Shown here: positions 1 through 9,349 of the stretch, one piece after another
Layout: every line of letters begins with the position of its first letter
Numbering within the stretch: position 1 is the first letter of the stretch
Source of the DNA: Myxococcota bacterium
Lineage (GTDB): Bacteria; Myxococcota_A; UBA9042; PHBI01; JAWLBL01
Direction of reading: 5' to 3'
DNA: 64,000 nt
NCBI GenBank assembly: GCA_041687695.1
Contig: JAWLBL010000005.1
Coordinates: forward strand, 4,382-68,381
Notes under the pieces: model-generated
The model's input: only the letters and a program-made list of their open reading frames with translations
What the model was told of the DNA's origin: nothing
Databases searched by the model: none
Position numbers and translations under genes: made by a program

Positions 1-466
1 CAGCCGGCGCGCCCGGTGGCGAGCAGGCTCCCTACTGAGCCCAAGGCGACCCCGGCAACGCGGACCGCTGCCCCACTCCGCAATCCACCGCTCACGCCGC
101 CGAAGGCGGCTCTCGGAGTGCTCCGCCCATGGCGGAGCTTTGCGCCGGCGCAGCCGGCGCGCCCGGTGGCGAGCAGGCTCCCTACTGAGCCCAAGGCGAC
201 CCCGGCAACGCGGACCGCTGCCCCACTCCGCAATCCACCGCTCACGCCGCCGAAGGCGGCTCTCGGAGTGCTCCGCCCATGGCGGAGCTTTGCGCCGGCT
301 CAGCCGGCGCGCCCGGTGGCGAGCAGGCTCCCTACTGAGCCCAAGGCGACCCCGGCAACGCGGACCGCTGCCCCACTCCGCAATCCACCGCTCACGCCGC
401 CGAAGGCGGCTCTCGGAGTGCTCCGCCCATGGCGGAGCTTTGCGCCGGCGCAGCCGGCGCGCCCGG
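1..466. repeat. Tandem repeat, 150-bp unit, 3 copies plus a partial, REP-like
   Basis: Units at 1, 151 and 301 are near-identical. Each contains CGGAGT-GCTCCGCC-CAT-GGCGGAGC (hairpin) and CCCTAC (GTAG on the minus strand). May continue left of the window. Confidence 0.9.
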
Positions 467-535
467 TAGGGGCCGCCCCCCGACCGCTGACCACGCCGAC
501 GACTTAGCGACCGCGCTTCAGGGTCGCCTCAGAGC

Positions 536-2239
536 TCAGAACAGCACGGACTGCTGAATGCCCCGCACGACCCCGGCGAAGCGGTCGGGGTGGTAGCGCA
601 TGATGTCCAGCAGCTCGATGATGAGCTTCATCGCCTGCCGCGGCGTCGCGACCAGACCGGCCGCCACCAGGGCGCCGACCACCTTGGTCAGCGGGGCGAC
701 CAGCTTGTCGGGCAGCGGCCAATCGGGGTTGGCCGAGGCGTAGAACTCCAGCACGCGCCGCGTCAGCTCGCCATAGTGCGCCGCGTCGAAGCTGGACAGC
801 GTGGTGATGCGCCCCTCGGGCACTGCCCCGGCCAACGCGCTCAGGCCGTCCGGGCTGGGTGTCATGGCGAAGACCGTATACAGCCCCGGCGCCTGGCCAT
901 AGCGCCCCGGCAGCCGCTGCTGGACGCCCGCCCCGCCGATGCCCAGCTCGGCCGAGTCGAAGGGCAGCGGCTCGGAGTCCCCGGCGCCCCCCGGCCCACC
1001 GACCGCGGCATACGTCCACGCCTTGAACAGATGCCGCGCGTAGGCCGCGCTGTCGGCGGCCAGCAGCGCGTACAGCTCGGCCTCGTCCAGCAGGACCACC
1101 AGCCCCTTGTAGCCGACCGCCCGCGCCAGGGCCGCCAGCCCGCTCAGCAAATACCCGTAGATGCGCGCCCAGGGCCGGTAGTCGCACAGGCTGTAGATGC
1201 GCGGATGTCGGCCGGACAGGCGCGACAGGTGCGCGTCGATGTCCAGGTTGGACACGGTGGGGTGCCCCTCGAGCCAGTCGAGCAGCAGCGCCCGGCCCCG
1301 CGCCAGGTACTCGGGAGCGGCCGAGGGAGCGACCCGCCGCAGGCGCGCGGCCGCGTCCGGCGCCGCGAGCGAGCGGGCGTACGCGATGGCCGGCGACAGA
1401 TACAGGTGCAACCCCGCCGCGAGCTGGTCGTCGATCTCGCCCCGCGGCGCTGGTGGATCGATCCCGAAGGCGGCCAGCGCCTCGGGCGTTTCGGCGGCCC
1501 GGTCGAGCAGCGGCCCCAGCCCACCGGCCTCGTCTGAAGGCCGGTCGGGGTAACGCAGGGCCCGCACCAGCGCGCGATAGACCCGCTTGGGGTGGCTGGG
1601 CGTGGTCTCGCTGGGGTCCAGCATGACCATCGCGGTCAGGTACCCGTCGGCCAGCGCGGTCTGCTGAATCGTCTCGAGCAGATGCGTCTTGCCGCTGCCG
1701 TAGTCGCCCAGGATGGCCCGAACCGACCCGCCCGACGCCGCCACCTGGGCCAGATCACCACGCACGGTCGCCAGCTCGGCGTCGCGCCCCACCGTCCAGG
1801 CCGAGAGATCCCGCGCCGGCACCACCCCCAGCCGCATCGCCTCCAGCGTCAGCGCCGCCGCCGCCCGCGCCGAAGCCTCCACGCCGGCTCGCGCCGAAGC
1901 CTCCGCGCCCACCCGCGCCAGCCCCGCTCGCGCTGCTTGCGCTCGCGGCTCCCCGACGGTCTCCGCGCCCGCCCGCGCCGCCCCCTCCGCGTCTGCGCCC
2001 TTACGAGACTCCGGCGCTCCCTTGGCCACCGACTCCGCGCGCTCCGACCTCTGCGGCGCCTCGGCCGCGACCTCCTCCACCCGGCTCAGCTCGCCCGCCG
2101 GCACCTCGACCGCCAGCGCCTGCCCCTCGAAGCGCACCACCGCGACCCGCCCGCCGCGCCGCCACGCCTCGACCCGTCCCTGCCCGTGCCGCGCGTGCCG
2201 CACCCGCTCCGTCGCGCCCGCTCTGTCGTTGGCGCCCAT
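536..2239 (-). CDS. BrxD/DUF2791-like P-loop ATPase (567 aa) with low-complexity N-terminal extension
   Basis: Walker A GDYGSGKT, Walker B VVLLDEAE, and an N-terminal 'LEAMRLGVVP' motif typical of BrxD. ATG at 2239 overlaps the upstream stop (TGATG). Confidence 0.8.
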   Translation of the reverse strand: MGANDRAGATERVRHARHGQGRVEAWRRGGRVAVVRFEGQALAVEVPAGELSRVEEVAAEAPQRSERAESVAKGAPESRKGADAEGAARAGAETVGEPRAQAARAGLARVGAEASARAGVEASARAAAALTLEAMRLGVVPARDLSAWTVGRDAELATVRGDLAQVAASGGSVRAILGDYGSGKTHLLETIQQTALADGYLTAMVMLDPSETTPSHPKRVYRALVRALRYPDRPSDEAGGLGPLLDRAAETPEALAAFGIDPPAPRGEIDDQLAAGLHLYLSPAIAYARSLAAPDAAARLRRVAPSAAPEYLARGRALLLDWLEGHPTVSNLDIDAHLSRLSGRHPRIYSLCDYRPWARIYGYLLSGLAALARAVGYKGLVVLLDEAELYALLAADSAAYARHLFKAWTYAAVGGPGGAGDSEPLPFDSAELGIGGAGVQQRLPGRYGQAPGLYTVFAMTPSPDGLSALAGAVPEGRITTLSSFDAAHYGELTRRVLEFYASANPDWPLPDKLVAPLTKVVGALVAAGLVATPRQAMKLIIELLDIMRYHPDRFAGVVRGIQQSVLF

Positions 2240-3534
2240 CAGAAGTCCCGATATCCGCCGTCCGAGTCGTCCCCGCCCAGCTTGGTCTGTCCGGTCAGGA
2301 CCAGCTCCGCCGCCGCCTCGGCGCTCAGCGGCGCCTCGCCGTCGACCAGCTGCCGAAACAGCAGATCGACCCAGGTCTTCACGAACAGCCGCCGGTGGTT
2401 GACCTCGAACGATGCGTCCACGCACGCCTGCGCCAGCGCCCGGGCGTTGTCCGCCTGCATCGCCCGGTCCAGCGTCACCTCGCGCGCCTCCTCGAACTGC
2501 CCCGCGATGCGCTCGCCCAGCTCGGCCAGCAGCTCCACCGGCGCCATCTCGAGCTGCTCAAGATCGATGAGCACCGCCTGCGGGCTGCGCACGCTCAGCG
2601 GCACCGGGCTCTTGAGCCGCTGATACAGCGCCGGATAGTCCGGCACGATGTTGCGCATGAACTCGGGCGGCACGGCGTAGACGAACAGCGTGCTGGGCAG
2701 CTGATGCCGCCCGCAAAGGTCGATGACCTGCCGCAGGTTGTCGCCGATGGCGTGGCTGCGGCGCGCGCTGACCGACAGGTTGCGGTCGACCTCGTCGAAC
2801 AGCAGCGCCGTCCCCGGCAGCCCCATCGCCGCCACCATCTGGGTCAGGCAGCGCAGCATCGTGAAGCCGTTCGCGCGCCCCAGCTGCTCGTAGACCCCGG
2901 CCTCGCGCAGCTCGCCCGGCGGCACCGGCTCGCCCAGCAGCCACGCCTCCAGCCGAGGCGCCTTGTGCACGTCGTCCCACAGATGCGCCAGCCCCAGCGC
3001 CACCACCGCCTGCCGGAACGAGTGGCTCTCGCACGGCGCGCGCCCGACCACGCTCCGCAGCCACTGCTCGACCTCGCGCGCGCTGCCCGCCTCGGCCACC
3101 TTGTCGTCGACCACGTCCCGGATCAGCTCGCCCACCCCGTAGCTGGGCGTCGCGAACAGCTGCCTGGGCGGCAAGGCCACCCGCCGCGCCACGGCCTGGT
3201 ACACCTTCAGGCTGTCGTCGTAGGGGCACTCGGCGGGCGACAGCTCGACCACCGCGCTGACGAACCCGTGACGCCACGCCAGCTCACGCACGCAGTTCAG
3301 AAAGTGCGTCTTGCCCCCGCCGAAGTAGCCCTGCACCAGCTTGAAGGTCGCGCCGTACTGCAAGAGGTTCTTGAAGTACTCGTGCTCCAACACCTTCAGC
3401 AGGGTCCCGGTGCCGACGTTGACGCGCCCCAGCCCCACCTCGGGCGGCTGCCCGCCCTCGCCCAGGCGCTGCAGGATGTGCGCGGCCAGTCGCCGCGACG
3501 CGGGCGAGCCCGGCGCCGGATTGAGATCGATCAC
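2239..3534 (-). CDS. BrxD/DUF2791-like P-loop ATPase (431 aa)
   Basis: GYFGGGKT Walker A, LLFDEVD Walker B, 'YPALYQRL'. GTG start preceded by GAAGGAGG. Confidence 0.8.
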   Translation of the reverse strand: MIDLNPAPGSPASRRLAAHILQRLGEGGQPPEVGLGRVNVGTGTLLKVLEHEYFKNLLQYGATFKLVQGYFGGGKTHFLNCVRELAWRHGFVSAVVELSPAECPYDDSLKVYQAVARRVALPPRQLFATPSYGVGELIRDVVDDKVAEAGSAREVEQWLRSVVGRAPCESHSFRQAVVALGLAHLWDDVHKAPRLEAWLLGEPVPPGELREAGVYEQLGRANGFTMLRCLTQMVAAMGLPGTALLFDEVDRNLSVSARRSHAIGDNLRQVIDLCGRHQLPSTLFVYAVPPEFMRNIVPDYPALYQRLKSPVPLSVRSPQAVLIDLEQLEMAPVELLAELGERIAGQFEEAREVTLDRAMQADNARALAQACVDASFEVNHRRLFVKTWVDLLFRQLVDGEAPLSAEAAAELVLTGQTKLGGDDSDGGYRDF

Positions 3535-3545
3535 GCCGCCCTCCT

Positions 3546-4403
3546 TCACGCGCCCGTGAACCGGACGCTCAGGTAGTACTGTCCCTCGCTGGGGGTCGTC
3601 GGCACGAACAGCACGTCGCGCTTGTTGCGGGTCGTCCCGCCGGTCGCCGTCCCCAGCTCCAGCCGCAACCCGCCGCGCTCCAGCACCCCTTCCCGCCGCA
3701 TCCGCTGTAGTTGATAGGCCAGCAGATGCCGCGGGAAGGGCTCCAGCTTGCTGAGGTCCGCCTTGCGCCACGCCTCTCGCGGCGTCTGCAGCAGCGCCAG
3801 TGGCGCCAACAGGTCGACCAGGTCCACCCGGTCGCCCGCCTGTCCGCCGCCCGCCGCCAGCGCCAGCCGATACGCGCCGACCAGCCGCTCGAAGAAGACC
3901 TCGGACGGCGCCGCCGCCTCGAGGATGGCCGCCATCACCTCGCCCCGCGCCTTCAGGATGGCCGCCGCGTCCAGCGGCACCTCGGCGACCGGCTCGCGCG
4001 CATAGGTCAGCACCGCCAGCCCCCGGTCGAAGTCCAGCTCGACCACCAGCGGCGCCACCAACATCGCGGGCGGCGCGTCGCCCACCCGCTGGGCGCTCAG
4101 TCCCTCGGCCTCGGCCAGCCGCGTCAGCTCGCCCAGCACCTTCATCCGCGCCCGCGCCTCGAGCTGCCCCCGCACATCGACCAGCGCCCCCACCAGCGCT
4201 CCCGCCGGGTCGCCCAGCCCCAGCGCCGCCAGGTCCGCCTCGCGCAGGGCGGCCAGCGCCGGCCCGACCACGTCCAGCTTCTCGAGCGCCCCCGGCTTGC
4301 CCAGCTCCTCCAGCGCCTTGCGGGCCTTGTCGCCATCCCGCAGCCGCGCCTTCAGCGCCTTCTTCAGCTCCTCGACCCGCTCTCTGGTCCCCGCCTCGCC
4401 CAC
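3546..4403 (-). CDS. Hypothetical protein (285 aa), first gene of the ATPase operon
   Basis: GGAGGAG RBS before GTG at 4403, coding-like composition, 11 bp gap to the next gene. Confidence 0.7.
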   Translation of the reverse strand: MGEAGTRERVEELKKALKARLRDGDKARKALEELGKPGALEKLDVVGPALAALREADLAALGLGDPAGALVGALVDVRGQLEARARMKVLGELTRLAEAEGLSAQRVGDAPPAMLVAPLVVELDFDRGLAVLTYAREPVAEVPLDAAAILKARGEVMAAILEAAAPSEVFFERLVGAYRLALAAGGGQAGDRVDLVDLLAPLALLQTPREAWRKADLSKLEPFPRHLLAYQLQRMRREGVLERGGLRLELGTATGGTTRNKRDVLFVPTTPSEGQYYLSVRFTGA

Positions 4404-4560
4404 GCTCGTCTCCTCCGGTCCCCTCGGCGCCCTTCCGGCCCCGCATCCCGCTCCGACGCCCGAAACCTGCCACCAACGCGACCCGCCCACAACCGGGTTC
4501 CTCGCCCCGCGGCGAGTCCGTCCCACCAGTGTCGACCTTCCTCTATGATGGGCTCACCTC

Positions 4561-5325
4561 ATGAAACGCCCCGCACCGCGTCCGCCCCTGTCCACGCGCG
4601 CCCTGCGCCTCCCCGAGGCGGGCGCCTCCGTCTGGGCGCTGGTCGCCCGCATGCGCCAGGGCCTGCCCATGAGCCTCGCCGAGTACCTCACCATCGCCGA
4701 AGGCCTGACCTTCCCCGAGTCCCCCGGTTTGCTGCGCGCCGTCGCCGAGGCGCTGCGAGCCGCGAACGCCCAACACCTCCTCGTCGGCGCCTTCGCCGCC
4801 GGCGCCCTGACCGGCCGCCCCCGAGCCACGACGGCCCTGGACTTCATCGTCGCCAGCGCCGACATCAAGCCCTTCCTCGCGGCCCTCGACGACCGCTTCG
4901 GCCCGCTCGAGATCGAGCACCATCGCTCGCTCGAGCGCGTCCGGCAGCCCGCCATCGACATCATCGTCGCCGACGCGACCAAGCTGCGCCGCGCCGCCCT
5001 CGACCCGGCCCTGGCCCAGACCGCCGACCTCGACGGCGTCCCAGTCCGGCTGCCCGTCCCCGAGCTCGAGACCGTGCTGAAGTACGCCGCGGCCGTGTCC
5101 CTGACCCGCTCGGCCGAGGACACCGCTCAGGACCTGGTCGATCTGCGCCGCATCGTCGCTCGGCATCCCGATCTCGATCTCCCCTTGCTCCAGCGCCTCG
5201 CCGCCCACCTGCGCTTCCGCAGCCCCAAGGAGATCGTCCAGATCATCGACACGATGCGCGCCGGCGGCGGCATCGTCGTGACCAAGCGCGGCTCGCTGGC
5301 CAAGGTCGTCTTCGTCGCGCCCTGA
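4561..5325 (+). CDS. Nucleotidyltransferase-like protein (AbiEii/MNT-type), possibly catalytically degenerate
   Basis: 'HLLVGAFAAGALTGRPRATTALDF' resembles the GG.A....pRaT.DlD motif; C-terminal 'D..DL' helix. Start may be at 4669. Confidence 0.55.
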   Translation: MKRPAPRPPLSTRALRLPEAGASVWALVARMRQGLPMSLAEYLTIAEGLTFPESPGLLRAVAEALRAANAQHLLVGAFAAGALTGRPRATTALDFIVASADIKPFLAALDDRFGPLEIEHHRSLERVRQPAIDIIVADATKLRRAALDPALAQTADLDGVPVRLPVPELETVLKYAAAVSLTRSAEDTAQDLVDLRRIVARHPDLDLPLLQRLAAHLRFRSPKEIVQIIDTMRAGGGIVVTKRGSLAKVVFVAP

Positions 5326-5668
5326 CCCCCGCCTGCTCGCATCACCGGCCCGGCTCCCGTCGGCGCGCTGCCACCTCGCGCTCTCGTCCTGTCCGTCCAA
5401 ACCGTCCTCCCGCTCCTCGCCCACTTCCAGGCGGACCCCTCGGCCAAAGCACTTCCCGTGCCAGTCGCGCCCCGCACCAACCTGTCCATGCGTTCAGGCC
5501 CGGGCGCCTCTCCCGGAGGTCCCGCTGGGGTCATCGGACCCCATGTCCTGCGGCCTCCCAACCCCTCCAGAACGCGGCCCCGCTCGCCGTACGGCCGTGA
5601 AGTCCGAAGTCCCCACCTCCTGGGGTCCAAGCTCCCCGGCGCGGCCCCGCGCCGGCCAGGCCGACGCT

Positions 5669-6358
5669 GTGGACCGCGCGAATTCAGAGCAACCGCCGCG
5701 ATCGCAGAGCGCAGGCAAGGCCAGCGCGGTCCACAGCCGCCTGCGGCGGCGGAACGACACCCAGGAGCTGCGACCCGTGTCCTGGGCCGTTCGCGCCGGC
5801 CACGCCACCGCCTTGGACGGCGCCCGCCATGCCGGCGATGTGGACCGCGCGAATTCAGAGCAACCGCCGCGATCGCAGAGCGCAGGCAAGGCCTGCGCGG
5901 TCCACAGCCGCCTGCGGCGGCGGAACGACACCCAGGAGCTGCGACCCGTGTCTTGGGCCGTTCGCGCCGGCCACGCCACCGCCTTGGACGGCGCCTGCCA
6001 TGCTGGCGATGTGGACCGCGCGAGCTCAGAGGAACCGCTGCGATCGCATAGCGCAGGCAAGGCCTGCGCGGTCCACAGCCGCCTGCGGCGGCGGAACGAC
6101 ACCCAGGAGCTGCGACCCGTGTCTTGGGCCGTTCGCGCCGGCCACGCCACCGCCTTGGACGGCGCCTGCCATGCTGGCGATGTGGACCGCGCGAGCTCAG
6201 AGGAACCGCTGCGATCGCATAGCGCAGGCAAGGCCTGCGCGGTCCACAGCCGCCTGCGGCGGCGGAACGACACCCAGGAGCTGCGACCCGTGTCTTGGGC
6301 CGTTAGCGCCGGCCACGCCACCGCCTTGGACGGCGCCCGCCATGCCGGCGCCTTGGAC
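5669..6358. repeat. Tandem repeat, 171-bp unit x4, built from REP-like TGGACCGCGC motifs
   Basis: GTGGACCGCG recurs at 5669, 5840, 6011 and 6182. Each unit also holds the inverted GCGCGGTCCAC. Lies between convergent genes. Confidence 0.9.
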
Positions 6359-6392
6359 TTTGCGATGGCCCTGCCCGCCAGCAACGGCCTCC

Positions 6393-8189
6393 TCAGGACC
6401 GCTTGCGCTTGGGCTTGCGCGGCTTTCGGGGCGCGGGCCTTGCAGGCTTTCGCGGGGGCGCGCCTGGTCGCTGGTCGAGGGTCGTCTCCGTCCACGACGC
6501 TCGACCGGCTGGCATCGCGTCGTCCTCCTCCTCGTCGGGGAGGGGCGGTCCCAGCGCTCGATGGGCCGCGAACAAGACCATCAGCTCGGTCGACACGATG
6601 ACGAAGGGCATGTGGCCGTGTGCATGTTCGGCCAGGATCCACAACGTATGCAGAACGCCCTTGAAGACCAACGCCAACAGCAACGAGACGATGACGAGGG
6701 TGCCCTTGCGCCGCCAGAGCTCGCCCCAGAGGCTCTGCCGCCTCGCGCGGACCTCTGGGGCCTGGACGTAGAGGGCCACGAACGCCAGCGCGCAACACAC
6801 CACGAAGGTGACGCCGAAGGCGTTCAGCTCCCACGGGACGTTGCTCACGGTTTCGACCTTCCTGTCTTCGCCTTCGCCGACAAACTCGAAGCTCGGGACC
6901 CGCCCCGCCGCGCTCAGCACCTCGAACCAGTAGGCCGCGAGCGTCACTTGATAGCCGGCCGCCGCGAGCCAGAACGCCGGCGACCCGAACAAGCGCGTGG
7001 CCGCCCCGGCCCTCTGCAGGGTCACCAACATGGCCACCCCCAGCACGTCCAGGCCCACATGCCCCAGCGGCGACCACGTCCCCGCGAGCTGCAGCGCACA
7101 AGCAGGGACCAACAGCACCGCACACCACAGGGTCACGCGCCTCGTCTCGAACGCCGGGAAGCGCTGCCTCCACCCCGAGCCCTGCGGAGCCTCGGCCGCC
7201 GGCTCACCATCATCTTCGACCACCACCAGACCGCCGGCTTCCGCCAGCGACAAGGCGCCAGCCTCGGCCTGCGCGGGATCGTCGGCCGCGACGAGCGACA
7301 GCGCCCCAGGCTCGGCGATCGGACCCGGGATTTCGCCTTCGGAGCCGTCCTCGGGCCGGACGGTCCCGGCTGGTCTCACGGTCGGGGTGACGGCCACCCA
7401 GGCCGCCAGGACGGCCAGGACATCGGTCACCAACACCAGCAACGGGGGCTCGCTCGCGGCGACCGCGCCCAGCGTCAAGAGCCCGATCGCCTGCAGCTGG
7501 TAGGTCGCGACCGCCAAACAGGACGCCAGCAGGATCTGCGCGAAGCTCCGGCTCAGTCGATGTTCGCCGGGCGGATTGCGCGTTCCTCCTTCGTCCACTA
7601 CCCCCCAGTGCCAGAACCCGGCCACGATCCACGCCGTGAAACCCAGCTGGATCAGCAGGACGTCCACCGGCCACTTCGCCAGGTCTCCGGCCAAGACATG
7701 TTCCAGGACGGCCACGGCGCCGTTCGTCGAGCGCTCCCCCAGCCCCACCTCCCGATAGGCCATCAACACAACGAAGTAGCCCAACCCGAACAGCCAGGTA
7801 ACCCGAGACCGCAGCACCCGCGCTCGAATGAACGGCTGCCGCGTCGCCAGCCACGGCCCCCACCCCATCACGTCCAGCGCGAGGTGCCCCCACAGCGGAT
7901 ACTCGCCCACGACCTGAAACACCGTCGCGCCCAGCAAGCAGACCACCGGCCCAAAGCGCAGCACCGCACTCCGTCTCTCGCCTCCCGAGCCCTGCCCATC
8001 CTCTCCCGAGCGTTCGCGAGGCCGCACCGCCAAAGCCTGCGGCGTATCGAACACCCCGCGCACGAGCCGCTTCGCCAGCCCGCCCCGCTCGGCCTCAGCG
8101 AGCCCAGGCGTATCGGACCGCTCCTCGACGCTCGAGCCGTCGGACGGGCCAATCGGCCCCTCCGAGGACGCTTTGTGCCGCTTGCGCAT
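6393..8189 (-). CDS. Multi-pass membrane protein with two homologous membrane halves
   Basis: Two hydrophobic blocks start with similar text (FQVVGEYPLWGHLALDVMG / LQLAGTWSPLGHVGLDVLG) and are separated by an acidic Pro/Ala linker. Confidence 0.65.
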   Translation of the reverse strand: MRKRHKASSEGPIGPSDGSSVEERSDTPGLAEAERGGLAKRLVRGVFDTPQALAVRPRERSGEDGQGSGGERRSAVLRFGPVVCLLGATVFQVVGEYPLWGHLALDVMGWGPWLATRQPFIRARVLRSRVTWLFGLGYFVVLMAYREVGLGERSTNGAVAVLEHVLAGDLAKWPVDVLLIQLGFTAWIVAGFWHWGVVDEGGTRNPPGEHRLSRSFAQILLASCLAVATYQLQAIGLLTLGAVAASEPPLLVLVTDVLAVLAAWVAVTPTVRPAGTVRPEDGSEGEIPGPIAEPGALSLVAADDPAQAEAGALSLAEAGGLVVVEDDGEPAAEAPQGSGWRQRFPAFETRRVTLWCAVLLVPACALQLAGTWSPLGHVGLDVLGVAMLVTLQRAGAATRLFGSPAFWLAAAGYQVTLAAYWFEVLSAAGRVPSFEFVGEGEDRKVETVSNVPWELNAFGVTFVVCCALAFVALYVQAPEVRARRQSLWGELWRRKGTLVIVSLLLALVFKGVLHTLWILAEHAHGHMPFVIVSTELMVLFAAHRALGPPLPDEEEDDAMPAGRASWTETTLDQRPGAPPRKPARPAPRKPRKPKRKRS

Positions 8190-8215
8190 CGAACTTCGGC
8201 GCCTTTGCCACCGGC

Positions 8216-9349
8216 TTACGACACCGGCGTCGTGGTTGGGATGATGGGCGCCCTCGCCATCGGGCCCGAGTGAGGCCCTTCCAGCAAAGCGTCGTTCTCA
8301 GTGACGCCCGGCTCTGGCCGCGGCACCAACTGCCGGGCCAACCCGAGCACATCGGCCTCGACACGCGCCCACGGCTGGTTCAGGTCGACCGAACGCACCC
8401 GCAAGGCATGGCCGTCGATCTCAAAATCCAGCTGCAGAGGCTCGCCGACCTGCGCGTAGACCAGGGTCCCGCTGGCGTAGGCGCGTCCGTGGGCCCGCGC
8501 CGTATAGAGGTAGGCCAGCAGTTGGTACAGGTGGGCGCTGCGCAGCCGCTCGTCGTCGAAGCGGGCCAGCAGGGGCCGCGCCGTGTACTTGACCTCCCAC
8601 AGGTGGCGGCGCCCAGCGCCCCCCTCGCGCAGCACGATGTCGGTCCTCATCAGCGGCAGCGCCTGCACGCCCATCCCCTGGGCCGCAAAGCGCAGGTGCT
8701 CGCGCGTCGGAGTCACCCCCGCCTGTGAGGCCGCCAGGAAGTTGAACAGGAAGTCCTCGAACAGCGCGCCCATTTGCTGCTCGCTCAGTCGCACGTCCAG
8801 CCACTGCAACGCCTGCCCATCCTGGCCCGGCACCAGGCCGTCACGCATCATGCGCAGGATGCGAATCGGACGCTCGTAGCCGCGCACCCGGTGGTCGTCC
8901 GGAACGCGCCGCAAGGCCTCGAGGCCCACCGGCGGGATGGCGCTCATGTCGCGCCACAGCCGCGCGGCGCGCTCGCGGGTCGGCACGGGCAGCCCGCGCA
9001 GCTGCAGGCACAGCTCCAGCCCGCGCCGCAGCAGCCCGTTGAGCAGCGTCGTCTCTTCCAGCTCACTCAGCTCGCAGCTCACGCGCTGGACCACCAGCTG
9101 CCCGCGGGCCACGCTCAGCCCCAGCTGCAGCCGCCCCCGCGGCAAGCGCAACACCTCCTCGTGCTCGCGATACTGCCTCTGCAGCCCTCGTCGCTTGAGT
9201 CGCGCGACGTCTTCGACGAACAGCGCCGCCAGCAGGTGCTCGGGCAGCTCGGCCGCCTCCAGCGCCATCGCCCGCTCGCCCGCGTTGGCCTCGAAGCGCC
9301 AGGCCCAGGCCAGCAGGTAGTACAGGTTATGAAGCGGGACGCCGCTCAT
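8216..9349 (-). CDS. mcrC: McrC family 5-methylcytosine-dependent restriction nuclease
   Basis: N-terminal 'NLYYLLAWAW', 'MGALFEDFL', 'MRTDI..EVKY' PD-(D/E)XK motif and 'HLYQLLAY'. Directly downstream of mcrB. Confidence 0.9.
   Translation of the reverse strand: MSGVPLHNLYYLLAWAWRFEANAGERAMALEAAELPEHLLAALFVEDVARLKRRGLQRQYREHEEVLRLPRGRLQLGLSVARGQLVVQRVSCELSELEETTLLNGLLRRGLELCLQLRGLPVPTRERAARLWRDMSAIPPVGLEALRRVPDDHRVRGYERPIRILRMMRDGLVPGQDGQALQWLDVRLSEQQMGALFEDFLFNFLAASQAGVTPTREHLRFAAQGMGVQALPLMRTDIVLREGGAGRRHLWEVKYTARPLLARFDDERLRSAHLYQLLAYLYTARAHGRAYASGTLVYAQVGEPLQLDFEIDGHALRVRSVDLNQPWARVEADVLGLARQLVPRPEPGVTENDALLEGPHSGPMARAPIIPTTTPVS

Noticed and set aside
16..507. ORFs in the 150-bp repeat
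   Set aside because: Open frames arise because the unit length is a multiple of 3 and GC-rich; no RBS or protein-like content.
536..3534. Complete BREX system
   Set aside because: No PglX, PglZ, BrxC or BrxHI genes are visible in the window.
3535..4476. N-terminal extension of the 745-aa ORF
   Set aside because: It overlaps the real 3546-4403 gene in another frame; the RBS supports a start at 3534.
5458..6601. Long ORFs across the 171-bp repeat
   Set aside because: Translations of a non-coding palindromic repeat, open on both strands.
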